The notes under the pieces were generated by a model, which made no database searches, had not been told where the DNA came from, and worked only from the letters and a program-made list of their open reading frames with translations. Below are positions 38,402 through 48,157 of a stretch of 64,000 bases of DNA, piece after piece. Origin of the DNA: Candidatus Bathyarchaeota archaeon (GTDB lineage Archaea > Thermoproteota > Bathyarchaeia > Bathyarchaeales > Bathycorpusculaceae); NCBI GenBank assembly GCA_963782525.1, contig CAWAKC010000004.1, positions 123,410 to 187,409 of the forward strand, read 5' to 3'. Made by a program: the position numbers and the translations under genes. Within the stretch, counting starts at the first letter, position 1; each line of letters opens with the position of its first letter.

Positions 38402-39640
38402 TTATCCAATAGGCTTGTACCTCAAAATTGCGGCAAAGCCTCCTAAAGCTTTGAGCTGTGCTTTTTCTTCTGATGCCGTAGAAATAACTTCAACGCTTGC
38501 GTTTGTTTGCGTCGCTAAATCCTCCAGCATGTCGATTATGTCTCTTTCGCTAACCTCGTATGAAACTGCGCTGCATTTTTCGCATGGACTTGTTATCATT
38601 TGCTGCACTGTTTGAGTTTTCTTATCAGCAATCGCTGTTTTGGGATGCCCGCACTTTTTGCATACTGCAACAAGCTCGGCGAAATCTGTGCTATCGGAAA
38701 CTATTGCAGTTTGAGCTTCACCTTTCTTAAGTGCCTCTAACACTGAATCCAGCCCATAAGTAGCTAAACCGTCCTGTTTACTGATTGATGTCATTAGGCG
38801 CTGTACGATTTTTTTCTCTTCGGGTCCACACATAGTCTTCAAAATTTCTAAAGATTTGTCTAGTACTTCCTTTAGCGCTTCTTTGCTTGCAGATTGGGTG
38901 TCAACCACGTTGAGAAGCATGTTGGCTAATTCATAGTGAAGGAAGTCTCCTTTTAGGAAATCGTTCTTTGTTTGGCCCGGTCCCCCAGCTATGAGTACGT
39001 TTACTTTGTTTTCAAGGAATTCTTTAGCTGCATGTTCCGCAATCCTATGGAAAAACGCTGTGACTGCAGTGTCGCGTTCTCTTTCATATCGCCTTTGGCT
39101 TGACCCTCCCTTTCCTGATTTGCCCGCTACTCCAGACGAGATGTTTTCCATTTTTTCGATGCGCTCCCCGTTGACTATACCCAAGCTGGCTTGCTTAGAA
39201 TCCAATGCGAGAATCCCAACAATTTTTTGGTCCCGCAGCATTTCTCTTAGAGTTTCTAAGTGGAAATGGTCATCAACCACATACGAGTAGGTGGTAATCG
39301 GCTCGGGCGGAATTATCTCTTCCACGCTTAAAACTTCCTTTGTGGCTCCGTTAGATGGGAATGTTCCAGCAAACAGCGCCAACCCATTCTCTGGAATTTC
39401 CTTCTCCTGTTTTAGATGCGAAATTAAACTCTTAAGAGCGTTTTCAAAGCGTTCCTTGACGCTCTCAGATTCCCTTATCTGCTTATCGGATTCTTCCTTG
39501 AGGCTCGCGACTATTTGGCTCATTGAAACCTTGCTGGGTACGTAGAGTGAAATGAATTCTCTGGCTCTTCCCTTTTGCTGGGATAGGTATGATATTCGCT
39601 TTCGGAGCTTATGCTGTTTTACCGAATTAGAAGTTGCCAT
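38402..39640 (-). CDS. Peptide chain release factor aRF1 paralog lacking GGQ and NIKS
   Basis: EFISLYVP, PENGLALF, PPEPI..Y, GKGGSSQRRYER, GGPG.TK, YG...V..AL..G, Zn ribbon, LGGFAAILRY. Confidence 0.88.
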   Translation of the reverse strand: MATSNSVKQHKLRKRISYLSQQKGRAREFISLYVPSKVSMSQIVASLKEESDKQIRESESVKERFENALKSLISHLKQEKEIPENGLALFAGTFPSNGATKEVLSVEEIIPPEPITTYSYVVDDHFHLETLREMLRDQKIVGILALDSKQASLGIVNGERIEKMENISSGVAGKSGKGGSSQRRYERERDTAVTAFFHRIAEHAAKEFLENKVNVLIAGGPGQTKNDFLKGDFLHYELANMLLNVVDTQSASKEALKEVLDKSLEILKTMCGPEEKKIVQRLMTSISKQDGLATYGLDSVLEALKKGEAQTAIVSDSTDFAELVAVCKKCGHPKTAIADKKTQTVQQMITSPCEKCSAVSYEVSERDIIDMLEDLATQTNASVEVISTASEEKAQLKALGGFAAILRYKPIG

Positions 39641-39784
39641 TTGACAAGAAGAGAAATGTGTAGCTTTTTCAGTAACCAAATTTGGCACCTAAGATAGCAA
39701 CATCCCGTAATGATTTATTGGTTTCCTAAAATTAATCCAGTTAGTTTATATTGCATAACATTGCATGAAACGTCTGAAATTCAC

Positions 39785-39919
39785 ATGCCGAAAAAGAATC
39801 AACTGGAAAAAATATGTCCTGAATGCGAAGAAGAAATGAATCCGGTATATGATAAAAGTAAGGTTCTTATTTGCTGGGAATGCACCGAATGCGGCACACA
39901 TGTTTCAGCGACTAAATAA
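39785..39919 (+). CDS. Small zinc-ribbon protein (44 aa)
   Basis: MPKKNQLEKICPECEEEM...WECTECG. Confidence 0.65.
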   Translation: MPKKNQLEKICPECEEEMNPVYDKSKVLICWECTECGTHVSATK

Positions 39920-39970
39920 ACTAGAAGAAAAAAGCCTTAACCCCGGCTTCCGAAAATATTGTGTTTTTGC

Positions 39971-40447
39971 TTAGTTTTTGTCAGCTTTAAATTCTATTTT
40001 GCCGCATTTTGGACATAGATAAACGATTACAGGCAGAACTTCTTCTCCGAGTCTCTCTGAGTCCTCGCCAGCAAGTTTTGGATGCGATTCTCCCCACCCA
40101 TCTATGCTTAATTTGGTCCTCGTTTGAGACATTTCGACATTACACAAAGAGCACAAGTCTACTTCGGCTTCTTTCATTTCTCCCACTTCTGTTTTTTCGT
40201 CATTTATGGGTGTAGTATCAACCTGAGTTTTCTCCGCCTCAATTCTTTGAGACACACTTTCGTTACTCCCTAAAAATCGGCAGGGCGTCGCACAATCAAA
40301 TACAAACATGCAAAGGTAACAACAGGTCAACTTCTCTTCATTTTTGCATCGAACCTGCCTGCTTGCCTTTGCTTTCACATTGTCAGAAACAGCTAGACAC
40401 AATTTCTCACTTGTTAAATATTCACAGCTATTAGCTAAGTCAGACAA
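39971..40447 (-). CDS. Cys-rich hypothetical protein with C-terminal zinc ribbon
   Basis: N-terminal Cys cluster (CCYLC..C...C), CSLCNVEM...YLCPKCGKIEF. Confidence 0.7.
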   Translation of the reverse strand: MSDLANSCEYLTSEKLCLAVSDNVKAKASRQVRCKNEEKLTCCYLCMFVFDCATPCRFLGSNESVSQRIEAEKTQVDTTPINDEKTEVGEMKEAEVDLCSLCNVEMSQTRTKLSIDGWGESHPKLAGEDSERLGEEVLPVIVYLCPKCGKIEFKADKN

Positions 40448-40975
40448 GTCTTTTTCTTCCTTTGCACAATCTAATTTGCTGGTTTGCCTATTTGTTTTTT
40501 GGTCAGAATTTTTAGAAAATGTTAATCAGATATGCATCTTAATACTCAACTTGTGCCAGAAATTCTTCGACGTATTAACAAAAGACAACAATAGATGCCA
40601 GTGAAGTGTTTTCGACTGGAACCTAAGTTGAAAGAAGAAGAAGTGCAAATTTCCCAATCTTCTTCTTCTACCGATAGAGAATTAGGCTGCTTAAGGTCTT
40701 TTTTCTTATTTGGTTAGAACAACAACAAGTTTTTTTGTAGGATTATGTAGATGTTGTTCTTCTTAGATGTGTTATGATTGAAAGAGGAAAAAAACCAGTG
40801 CTGCTGTGAAAGATTTTTTTCTTCTTTTTTTAAAAAAGACAGAGGCACTTCAAAAGAGGGAGGGCACATTTGAGCAAACTTGCTAACAAATATTTTGACA
40901 ATACCTTTCATTTTTCCACAGTTATTGGAAAGATATATGACCGCTGAAAACTCTTAGGTTGGTTCGAACAATAGT

Positions 40976-41971
40976 ATGATAGAACTTATCCTCCTACTGC
41001 TCCTTAGTATTCTGGTAGTTTTCATATCTGCCCTGCTCTTCGTTAACGCTATAGAATTTCTCGGCAGCCAATACAAGATAGGTGGTCCTTTCGTAGGCAG
41101 CATACTCTCTCCTCTTTTCACTTCGCTCCCCGAACTCATCGTTTTGATAATAGCTCTTTTTGGTCTTGGCGGAGCGAGCGGAGAAGCCGTCGGCGTGGGA
41201 ACAATTTTTGGAGAGCCGCTTATGGCTTCAAGCCTATCCTATGGATTAGTAGGGATACTCGCTGTTGTGGGCTACTTCCTAAAGAGGCGAGTAAACAAAA
41301 CGCTTCAAGTCGATACATCATTGGCCGTGCCCTTTCTCTTCGTTACCATTCTGTTTCCTTTAACTTTAATACCCTCACTTCTGAATAGCAGTGTTGTCAG
41401 AATACTTTTCGGGCTTGGTTTCCTGAGTGCTTATTTTGGGTATTTAGTGTTGATGTATCGGCGAAAGCGCCTTGGACAAATCGAAAACGCCAAAGCACCA
41501 TATATTTGCAAAATTATCCCGCCTAAACGAATTGGCGGCATTGTGCAGTTAATTGTTTCTGTGGTGGTTTTGTATTTTGGGGCTCGTGAAATGGTCGGTG
41601 TTGTAAATCAGCTTGCGATAGGGACTGGAATTAGCTTAATGGGGCTAGCCATTATTGTTGTTCCCGCTGCTACTGCGGTGCCAGAGACGGCGAGCGCTTT
41701 AATTTGGGGTTTTAGAGGTCAGGACACGCTTAGCATTGCGTCGCTTGTTGGCGAGAAGGTGCTATACACGACCTTATTTCCAGGAATAGGGTTGTTGCTC
41801 ACCACATGGGTATTAGACATTCATGCATATCTGAGCGTCTTAGCAACTACAACAATATCCATTCTAATGCTTTTTTTTATTCTCAAAAAGAGGATTCCAT
41901 GGTATGTTTTGACTTTTGGTTTTATCTTCTTTGTAGCTTATTCAGTCATAGTGTTTTGGTTAAGAATTTAG
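40976..41971 (+). CDS. Sodium:calcium antiporter (CaCA family)
   Basis: Two alpha-repeats FTSLPE and ATAVPE; about 10 TM helices. Confidence 0.85.
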   Translation: MIELILLLLLSILVVFISALLFVNAIEFLGSQYKIGGPFVGSILSPLFTSLPELIVLIIALFGLGGASGEAVGVGTIFGEPLMASSLSYGLVGILAVVGYFLKRRVNKTLQVDTSLAVPFLFVTILFPLTLIPSLLNSSVVRILFGLGFLSAYFGYLVLMYRRKRLGQIENAKAPYICKIIPPKRIGGIVQLIVSVVVLYFGAREMVGVVNQLAIGTGISLMGLAIIVVPAATAVPETASALIWGFRGQDTLSIASLVGEKVLYTTLFPGIGLLLTTWVLDIHAYLSVLATTTISILMLFFILKKRIPWYVLTFGFIFFVAYSVIVFWLRI

Positions 41972-42090
41972 ATAAAATCTTGATTCTAGCAACCGTCAGA
42001 GCGTAAGGCCTATAACAGAAATAGGCGTTTTTCAAAACTAATCCTTTTAAGCAATTATCTAGTTACGACTAAACCAATCAGTGAACCGTC

Positions 42091-42516
42091 ATGAACATAT
42101 ACTTGCTCGTAGCCACTGTCAGTCTGGCTTTTCAGCTAGGGGTTTTAGCTTTGGTTCTGGTCGGTTTCGGATTCAAACAACGTCTGCGTTTTCGTTTGCA
42201 TGGTATCTTTATGCTAACAGCCGTTACGCTGCACCTAATAATTATTGGGGCCATTATGGTGCCGTCATTCGTAGCGATATACCTTGAAAAAGCCCCAATC
42301 TTGACTATCTTATTCGCACCTTTTCATGCGGCAGCAGGAACGGCAACTGCTATCTTAGGCGTCTGGATTGTTGGCGGATGGCGTTTGAGGCATACAACTA
42401 AGTTTTGTGCGCCTAAAAGAAAATTTATGCGTGCCACCTTTATCCTGTGGTTAATAACTCTGTCCTTGGGTGTAGTCTTCTATTTTGTTCTTAATTGGTC
42501 GTTCCTGTTCGGCTAA
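42091..42516 (+). CDS. DUF420-like 4-TM membrane protein
   Basis: RFRLHGIFM, IMVPSF, FHAAAG, LWLITLSLG. Confidence 0.65.
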   Translation: MNIYLLVATVSLAFQLGVLALVLVGFGFKQRLRFRLHGIFMLTAVTLHLIIIGAIMVPSFVAIYLEKAPILTILFAPFHAAAGTATAILGVWIVGGWRLRHTTKFCAPKRKFMRATFILWLITLSLGVVFYFVLNWSFLFG

Positions 42517-42598
42517 TCCCTATACAAAACTGGAAGTAAATAATTATAAATTCAATTCTGAGTATTATCTGTAGTCTTGAGTTAGTTTTTAAGAGGAG

Positions 42599-43306
42599 AT
42601 GAGTAAAACGCCACGGGAAATCGTTGTGAGTAATGGTCATGTACTAGTTGCCCTTGACAATAAGATGATGATAAGAGACTTCTTTTATCCAAATATTGGT
42701 TTGGAGAATCACGTATATGGGCACTCTTTCAAGTTAGGCATCTGGACAGACAACAGGTTCTCTTTGGTTGACAAGAATTGGGATGTAAAAATGAAAATCT
42801 TGCCCGAAACCTTGGTCAAAACGTGCATGGCGGACAATGAAGGAGCGGCTCTTCAACTTGAGATTAACGATGCCGTTCACTGTTCAATGGATTTGTAAAT
42901 TAGCAAAATTGTCATCCAAAATAACATTGATAGAAAAAGAGAAGTCCGATTGTTCTTTTCTCATAACTTCCACATTTATGGATTAGATACAGGGGACACT
43001 GCAGTCTACGAACCCCCTATGAAATCGATTATTCATTACAAACGAAAACTCTATTTCCTTATCAATGGCATAACAGATCAAAATCAAGGAATTTATCAAT
43101 TTGTAACAGGTCAGAAAGAGTCATTTGGCAAAGAAGGAACTTGGAAAGATGCAGAAGACGGGGATCTCCAAGGAAACTCTTTAGCTCAAGGCTCTGTTGA
43201 TTCAACAGTTTCTTTCAATATAGAAATTGAACCTCACTCATCAAACAAACTGTGTTGTTGGATAGCCTGCGGCAAAGATCTCAATCAAATCAAAAATCTC
43301 GACTAG
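42599..43306 (+). pseudogene. Truncated glycoside hydrolase family 15 (glucoamylase-like) pseudogene, N-terminal domain only
   Basis: PREIVVSNG..IRDFFYPNIGLENH, then in-frame TAA at 42896, then GDTAVY..IIHYKR..EGTWKDAEDGDL.GNSLAQGSVDS and TAG at 43304. The catalytic domain is absent. Confidence 0.8.
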
Positions 43307-43485
43307 AGAATTAAGAAAACTGGGGAAACCAGTTGGCTGATCCTGATGCTGACGGCATCACTCAGTTGATTAACGGTTCAAAAGGTAAAAATGTGTTTTC
43401 TTAAAGTATTATCAACAACTCCTCAAACAAACTTTAGCTGAGAGCTAAGAGGTTAAGACCATACTTTTCAAAAATGAAAAATAAA

Positions 43486-45048
43486 CTATCCAGAGGAAGA
43501 ATTATCTTCATTAACTTCTTTGGTTTTTTGTTTGGGCTTGGATCGTTTTGGCAGGGCTGGAAAAATCATAGATGCTCTTGCTTGAATAATCTTCCTTGTT
43601 TCAAGCGTAACGTGAGATTTTCTCATTAACTTTTCTATTTCCATTTTGCTTTCTTGTAATCTTTCGCTTAATTCTTGTTCAGAAATCTTCTCCTCGGATC
43701 TCAATCTGTGCGCTTCTTGCACATCCGAGGATATTTTTGTAAATTCTTCGTCGAAATCAGTTTCCTTAAAGGCTTCGGTTTCAGGTTGGGGCATTTTTTT
43801 CTTTACATATCTAAATAAGAGAGGTACCTGAATCATAATCGAGATAAAAGCTACTCCAAAGACCATCGTGTTTATCGTGCGCAAATCCGCTTGGGAAATG
43901 ACTGCTGAAGTGGCAATTGTTGCTGCAAGCGCTATAGAAAGAGCACCTCTAACTCCACCTAGCATAGCAATATTGGCCCAGACCTTTGACATTTTCCCAC
44001 CTACTTTTCTGAAGATGGCAAATATTGGGTAAACGGTAGCTGCCCTAGCTGCAGTGACGGCTATAAAAGCGGCAGCAATTAGAAAAATGGATTGAGGAAA
44101 AGTAGTGATGATGTTCGCTTGGAAGCCTATGAGGAGAAACGCTACTGAGTTACCTAAAAAGGCGGCTATTTGCCAGAAGATAGTCACTGCTTCTCTTGTT
44201 GCGGGTTCCATTGCGGTTCGAATTGTATAGTTGCCAAAGTATAAGCCTGCAACCGTTACTGCAATTAATCCAGATGCGCCAACACCAGACGCAAAAGCAT
44301 AAGACCCATAAACCACCACAATCGTCAGTATAGTTTCGGCGACTCTATCCTCCAGTAAGCTTGACAGGATTTCTCCGACAAAAGCAACACCCAAACCGAT
44401 TAAAACTCCAACTCCAAGTGTATAGCCAAAACTCAGAAACGAACCCAGTACGCTGATTTGTTGTAGTCCTACGGAAGCGAGTATGATTGTGAAAATCACG
44501 ATTGCCGTGGCATCGTTAAAGGCAGCTTCTGTATCTAGAAGTGTTGATAGTTTGGATGGAACTTTTACCCTCCGGAATACTTCTAATACGGTAACTACAT
44601 CTGTGGGGGCGATAAGTGCAGCGAACAAGAAAGAGACATATGGGGAAAGACCGATAATTTTCCATAAAATTAACCCTCCAACTGCGGTTGCTATTAAAAC
44701 GCCAACAGTTGCTAGCGCCAATGAGGGCTTGATTACCCCCCTCAGGTCATTTCCACGGATGTGAATCATTGCCTCAAATATCAGAGGAGGAACTACAAGA
44801 CCCACGAATAGCCCACCACCTCCTCCTTGAATTAACAAATCGTAAATTGATCGAATTTGACTAATTAGATTCTGCATAGGCGCCTGAAGAAAGCTTGATT
44901 CTATTGACAATAAAATGGCAACTACGGTGATTGAGACACCGAACGAAACTAAAATTAACGTATACGGAATTTTAAGACGGGTTGAAATGAGCGCAGCGAC
45001 AAATGACACAAGCAGGAATGCTGATACTACGAGCTCTATGCTGACCAT
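43486..45048 (-). CDS. nhaP: Na+/H+ antiporter, CPA1/NhaP family
   Basis: PPLIFE, APTDVV, EAAFNDA, GGVRGALS. Confidence 0.92.
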   Translation of the reverse strand: MVSIELVVSAFLLVSFVAALISTRLKIPYTLILVSFGVSITVVAILLSIESSFLQAPMQNLISQIRSIYDLLIQGGGGGLFVGLVVPPLIFEAMIHIRGNDLRGVIKPSLALATVGVLIATAVGGLILWKIIGLSPYVSFLFAALIAPTDVVTVLEVFRRVKVPSKLSTLLDTEAAFNDATAIVIFTIILASVGLQQISVLGSFLSFGYTLGVGVLIGLGVAFVGEILSSLLEDRVAETILTIVVVYGSYAFASGVGASGLIAVTVAGLYFGNYTIRTAMEPATREAVTIFWQIAAFLGNSVAFLLIGFQANIITTFPQSIFLIAAAFIAVTAARAATVYPIFAIFRKVGGKMSKVWANIAMLGGVRGALSIALAATIATSAVISQADLRTINTMVFGVAFISIMIQVPLLFRYVKKKMPQPETEAFKETDFDEEFTKISSDVQEAHRLRSEEKISEQELSERLQESKMEIEKLMRKSHVTLETRKIIQARASMIFPALPKRSKPKQKTKEVNEDNSSSG

Positions 45049-45214
45049 CGAATAGTTAACCCTCCGTTGTTAGATTGGCGCATATTTTTACTGCGCTGTG
45101 CTTAATCAATCTCTCGCAACCAATTTGAAAGCAAGGATATTAAACAAAGTAGATTTTTGTGATGATAATTCTTCCGTTTTTCAACTAGGGAGCGTAAAGG
45201 TCGATTTGATTGAG

Positions 45215-45487
45215 TTAAGAGTTAAGTATTTTTTTTAAATCCATAAGCGAGAGATTTAATGTTATAATTACACCTATGTTGTTTATTGACGATGTTGGGA
45301 TTTTTATGTTAGAGCTTTTGAGCGTTTTTTTAAGACCAAATTCTTTAGCTGCCTTATCTGACAATTTGACGTTCAGATGGGTAATTTGCCAAGTGTTTGC
45401 TTCGATATCGATGTTGTTTACGTCGCCTATATAATTCCCGGCTGCGCCAATTACAGTTTTTCCCATGACATCCTCAATATTTATCAT
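45215..45487 (-). CDS. PRC-barrel domain protein
   Basis: MGKTVIGAAGNYIGDVNNIDIE...WQITHL...IPTSSINNIGVIITL. Confidence 0.8.
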   Translation of the reverse strand: MINIEDVMGKTVIGAAGNYIGDVNNIDIEANTWQITHLNVKLSDKAAKEFGLKKTLKSSNIKIPTSSINNIGVIITLNLSLMDLKKILNS

Positions 45488-46135
45488 ATTAACATCAGGA
45501 AATCCATCCTGCATTAAAGTAAATAATACTTTTGTAAAAAATTCGACAGAAGCGACTTTAACTGTTTGAGAATAAAAATGTTACCTTCTGTAAAGATCAT
45601 GATATTGTGAAAGGGCGCCTATTTTATCGCAAATCTCCGCAATATTAAGTATAAATCAAACGTTTAAGTCAATTGTTTACTTCCATCCAATACAATTTTG
45701 ATTAGTGGTTTAGTACTTTTATTGATTTCTTAGCCAACTATCTTTTAGTAAAACTAGTTTGCCTGACATGCTCATACTGATATCTCTATGATTCTCTTTC
45801 GGCCTATTGCAGGCGTTACCAGCCAACAGAGGTTTTATGAGTTTTGCGTCATTTGTCACTGCTTTGACATGTGCCTAAATTTTTTTGATATCGGCCAACA
45901 GCTTTGAAGTGTTCTCTTCAAAAAGAACTCCAAATAATAACAATAGTTAGACCTAATAATAATTGACATTGTCTCAACTGCAACCATCTACAATTGGCTC
46001 ATTGGCTATTTTTCGAAAGAAAGACATTTCAACGACTCAAAAAGCATAAAATTTGTGGTTTTCTCAGCTAATCCAAATTTATTCTATTTAGCAATTACAT
46101 GCTTCACGTGGAAATAGTTAAAAATAGAGGCCAAA

Positions 46136-46525
46136 TTGATTTTGTTGTTGTGTTGGGCAGTTCTTGCTTTTCCTTCTTTTCTGCAAAAGGATATAAACCC
46201 TCTCGGAGAAAGACTTTGTTGGAAGCATGCAGCCTTGGATTTAGTTTCAATGTTGTTCTCTGCGTTTCCAGTTGCTTTGCAGGTTGATACTTTTTTCACC
46301 AAATTGGGAGAAGTAATTTTCTTAGGTGCCTTGGGGGTTGGAATAATGACTATCCTGATTGCCCCATTTATTAAGATGATCAGGGATTCAGGCAGGAACG
46401 AGAATTCTCAAACAAAAATAGCCCAATTGGAGAGAGACAATATCGAAGATGCCGTAGAAGAAGGTTTTGGACTGGTTAATTATTATATATTGCCTTCAGA
46501 TTTAATTTATGAGGAAACATCTTAG
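46136..46525 (+). CDS. Hypothetical membrane protein, possibly the remnant of a decayed longer gene
   Basis: Hydrophobic TTG-start ORF preceded by about 400 bp of stop-interrupted hydrophobic frames. Confidence 0.3.
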   Translation: MILLLCWAVLAFPSFLQKDINPLGERLCWKHAALDLVSMLFSAFPVALQVDTFFTKLGEVIFLGALGVGIMTILIAPFIKMIRDSGRNENSQTKIAQLERDNIEDAVEEGFGLVNYYILPSDLIYEETS

Positions 46526-46687
46526 GTTGAAACTAGGAATTTTAAAGTACGCGTATATAGAAGCACAAACACCAGACGAACATTTTATTATGAACTTAAC
46601 GTCTTTTTCTTCAAAGGTCCAACATAAAATTGTATATTAGATTTATCACATGTACTTTAAACTGAAAATATTAGGAGAGTTATTTTA

Positions 46688-48061
46688 GTGATTCAGATTA
46701 AAAGTCGAGAAAAACTAATAGAAAATGGAGAAACTTCAATAATTCGCAAACGTCGCGCCCTTGCTCTCGAGTGTCTTGAGCGAGCTGTTAACGCTGTTGA
46801 TCCAAAACAGCTGATGGCGGCTAAGTTGAAAGTGGAAAATAACCATCTCTTAGCTGATGACTACATATTTGACTTGGGGAAATTCAAGCATGTTTATGTC
46901 GTAGGCGGAGGTAAAGCAGGTGGTAAAATGGCGCAAGCCATAGAAGAGATAATGGGCAAACGTGTAACCGCTGGAGTAGTAAACATTCCGTATGGTACGA
47001 GACAAAGAACCAAGGTAATAGAGCTCAATGAGGCCAGTCATCCGGTTCCAAACGAAACAGGGGTAGATGGTACTTTTCGCATTATGGGAATTGCTGAACG
47101 TGCTGAAAAAAACGATTTAGTGATTTGTCTGATTTCAGGCGGCGGCTCAAGTCTCATGACCCTACCTCGAGAAGGTGTATCCCTCAATGATCTACAGGCA
47201 CTAACAAATATGCTACTCAAAAGTGGAGCTGAAATAACCGAAATTAACGCTATCCGAAAACATATTTCAGCTTTCAAAGGCGGATGGCTAGCAAAGAAAG
47301 CCTATCCTGCAACGGTCCTAAACCTTATTCTTTCAGATGTTATGGGCGACCATCTGGATTCTATTGCCTCTGGTCCAACAGTTCCAGACTCATCAACCTT
47401 CAGAGATGCCAAAAAAATCCTTGAAAAATATGGCGTATGGTTGAATGCCCCCGCTTCTATTCGCAAGATCTTTTTGAAAGGGGCAAAAGGATTACTTCAG
47501 GAAACACCCAAGTCAGATGACGTAGTTTTTGAAAAGGTTTATAACTTGATAATTGGCAACAATCGAACTGCCAGCCAAGCTGCGGTTGAGTACTTGCATT
47601 CTAAAGGGCTTAACACAATTCTATTGACTGATATATTGGATGGAGAAGCCAGGGTAGTGGGCAAAGCGTTAGCAAAGTTATCCAGCGATGGTTTTGCCTG
47701 TGACCTTTCTTCGTCTAAACATCTAGGAATTGTTGCTGGGGGAGAGACCACTGTAACCGTCGCTGGAGGCGGGCTCGGGGGCAGAAATCAAGAGCTGTCA
47801 TTGTCAGCAGCCTTAAACCTCAAGGAATCGGAGGACTGTGTAATAGCTTCTTTCAGTACAGACGGCGTGGACGGACCAACAGATGCTGCAGGCGCAATCG
47901 TGGACGGTTACACGCTGAAGCGGGCAAAGCAGTTAGGGTTGGACCCCAAAAAATACCTTGAGAATAATGATTCCTACAATTTCTTCTTAAAACTTGGTGA
48001 CCTCATCCATACCGGAGCGACAGGAACCAACGTTAATGACATATCTGTTATCGTGCGTTGA
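46688..48061 (+). CDS. gck: Glycerate kinase (GckA/TtuD, MOFRL family)
   Basis: GGGKAG, ASHPVP, LISGGGSSL, RKHISAFKGG, IASGPT, GGETTV, GGRNQE, TDGVDG, TGTNVND. Confidence 0.93.
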   Translation: MIQIKSREKLIENGETSIIRKRRALALECLERAVNAVDPKQLMAAKLKVENNHLLADDYIFDLGKFKHVYVVGGGKAGGKMAQAIEEIMGKRVTAGVVNIPYGTRQRTKVIELNEASHPVPNETGVDGTFRIMGIAERAEKNDLVICLISGGGSSLMTLPREGVSLNDLQALTNMLLKSGAEITEINAIRKHISAFKGGWLAKKAYPATVLNLILSDVMGDHLDSIASGPTVPDSSTFRDAKKILEKYGVWLNAPASIRKIFLKGAKGLLQETPKSDDVVFEKVYNLIIGNNRTASQAAVEYLHSKGLNTILLTDILDGEARVVGKALAKLSSDGFACDLSSSKHLGIVAGGETTVTVAGGGLGGRNQELSLSAALNLKESEDCVIASFSTDGVDGPTDAAGAIVDGYTLKRAKQLGLDPKKYLENNDSYNFFLKLGDLIHTGATGTNVNDISVIVR

Positions 48062-48157
48062 AAGAATATTTAAAATCTATTTGAGATGCTTTAGAGCTTT
48101 TGGCGACTGCACTTTTTGAGCGAATGATTTTTTAGAAATGAAAGCATAGTTTGCGGA

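Noticed and set aside
38402-39640. Pelota/Dom34
   Set aside because: The N-domain has aRF1 motifs (ISLYVP, PENGLALF, PPEPI), not the Pelota Sm-like domain
40633-40669. AGAAGAAGA/TCTTCTTCT inverted repeat
   Set aside because: Low-complexity trinucleotide match with no supporting context
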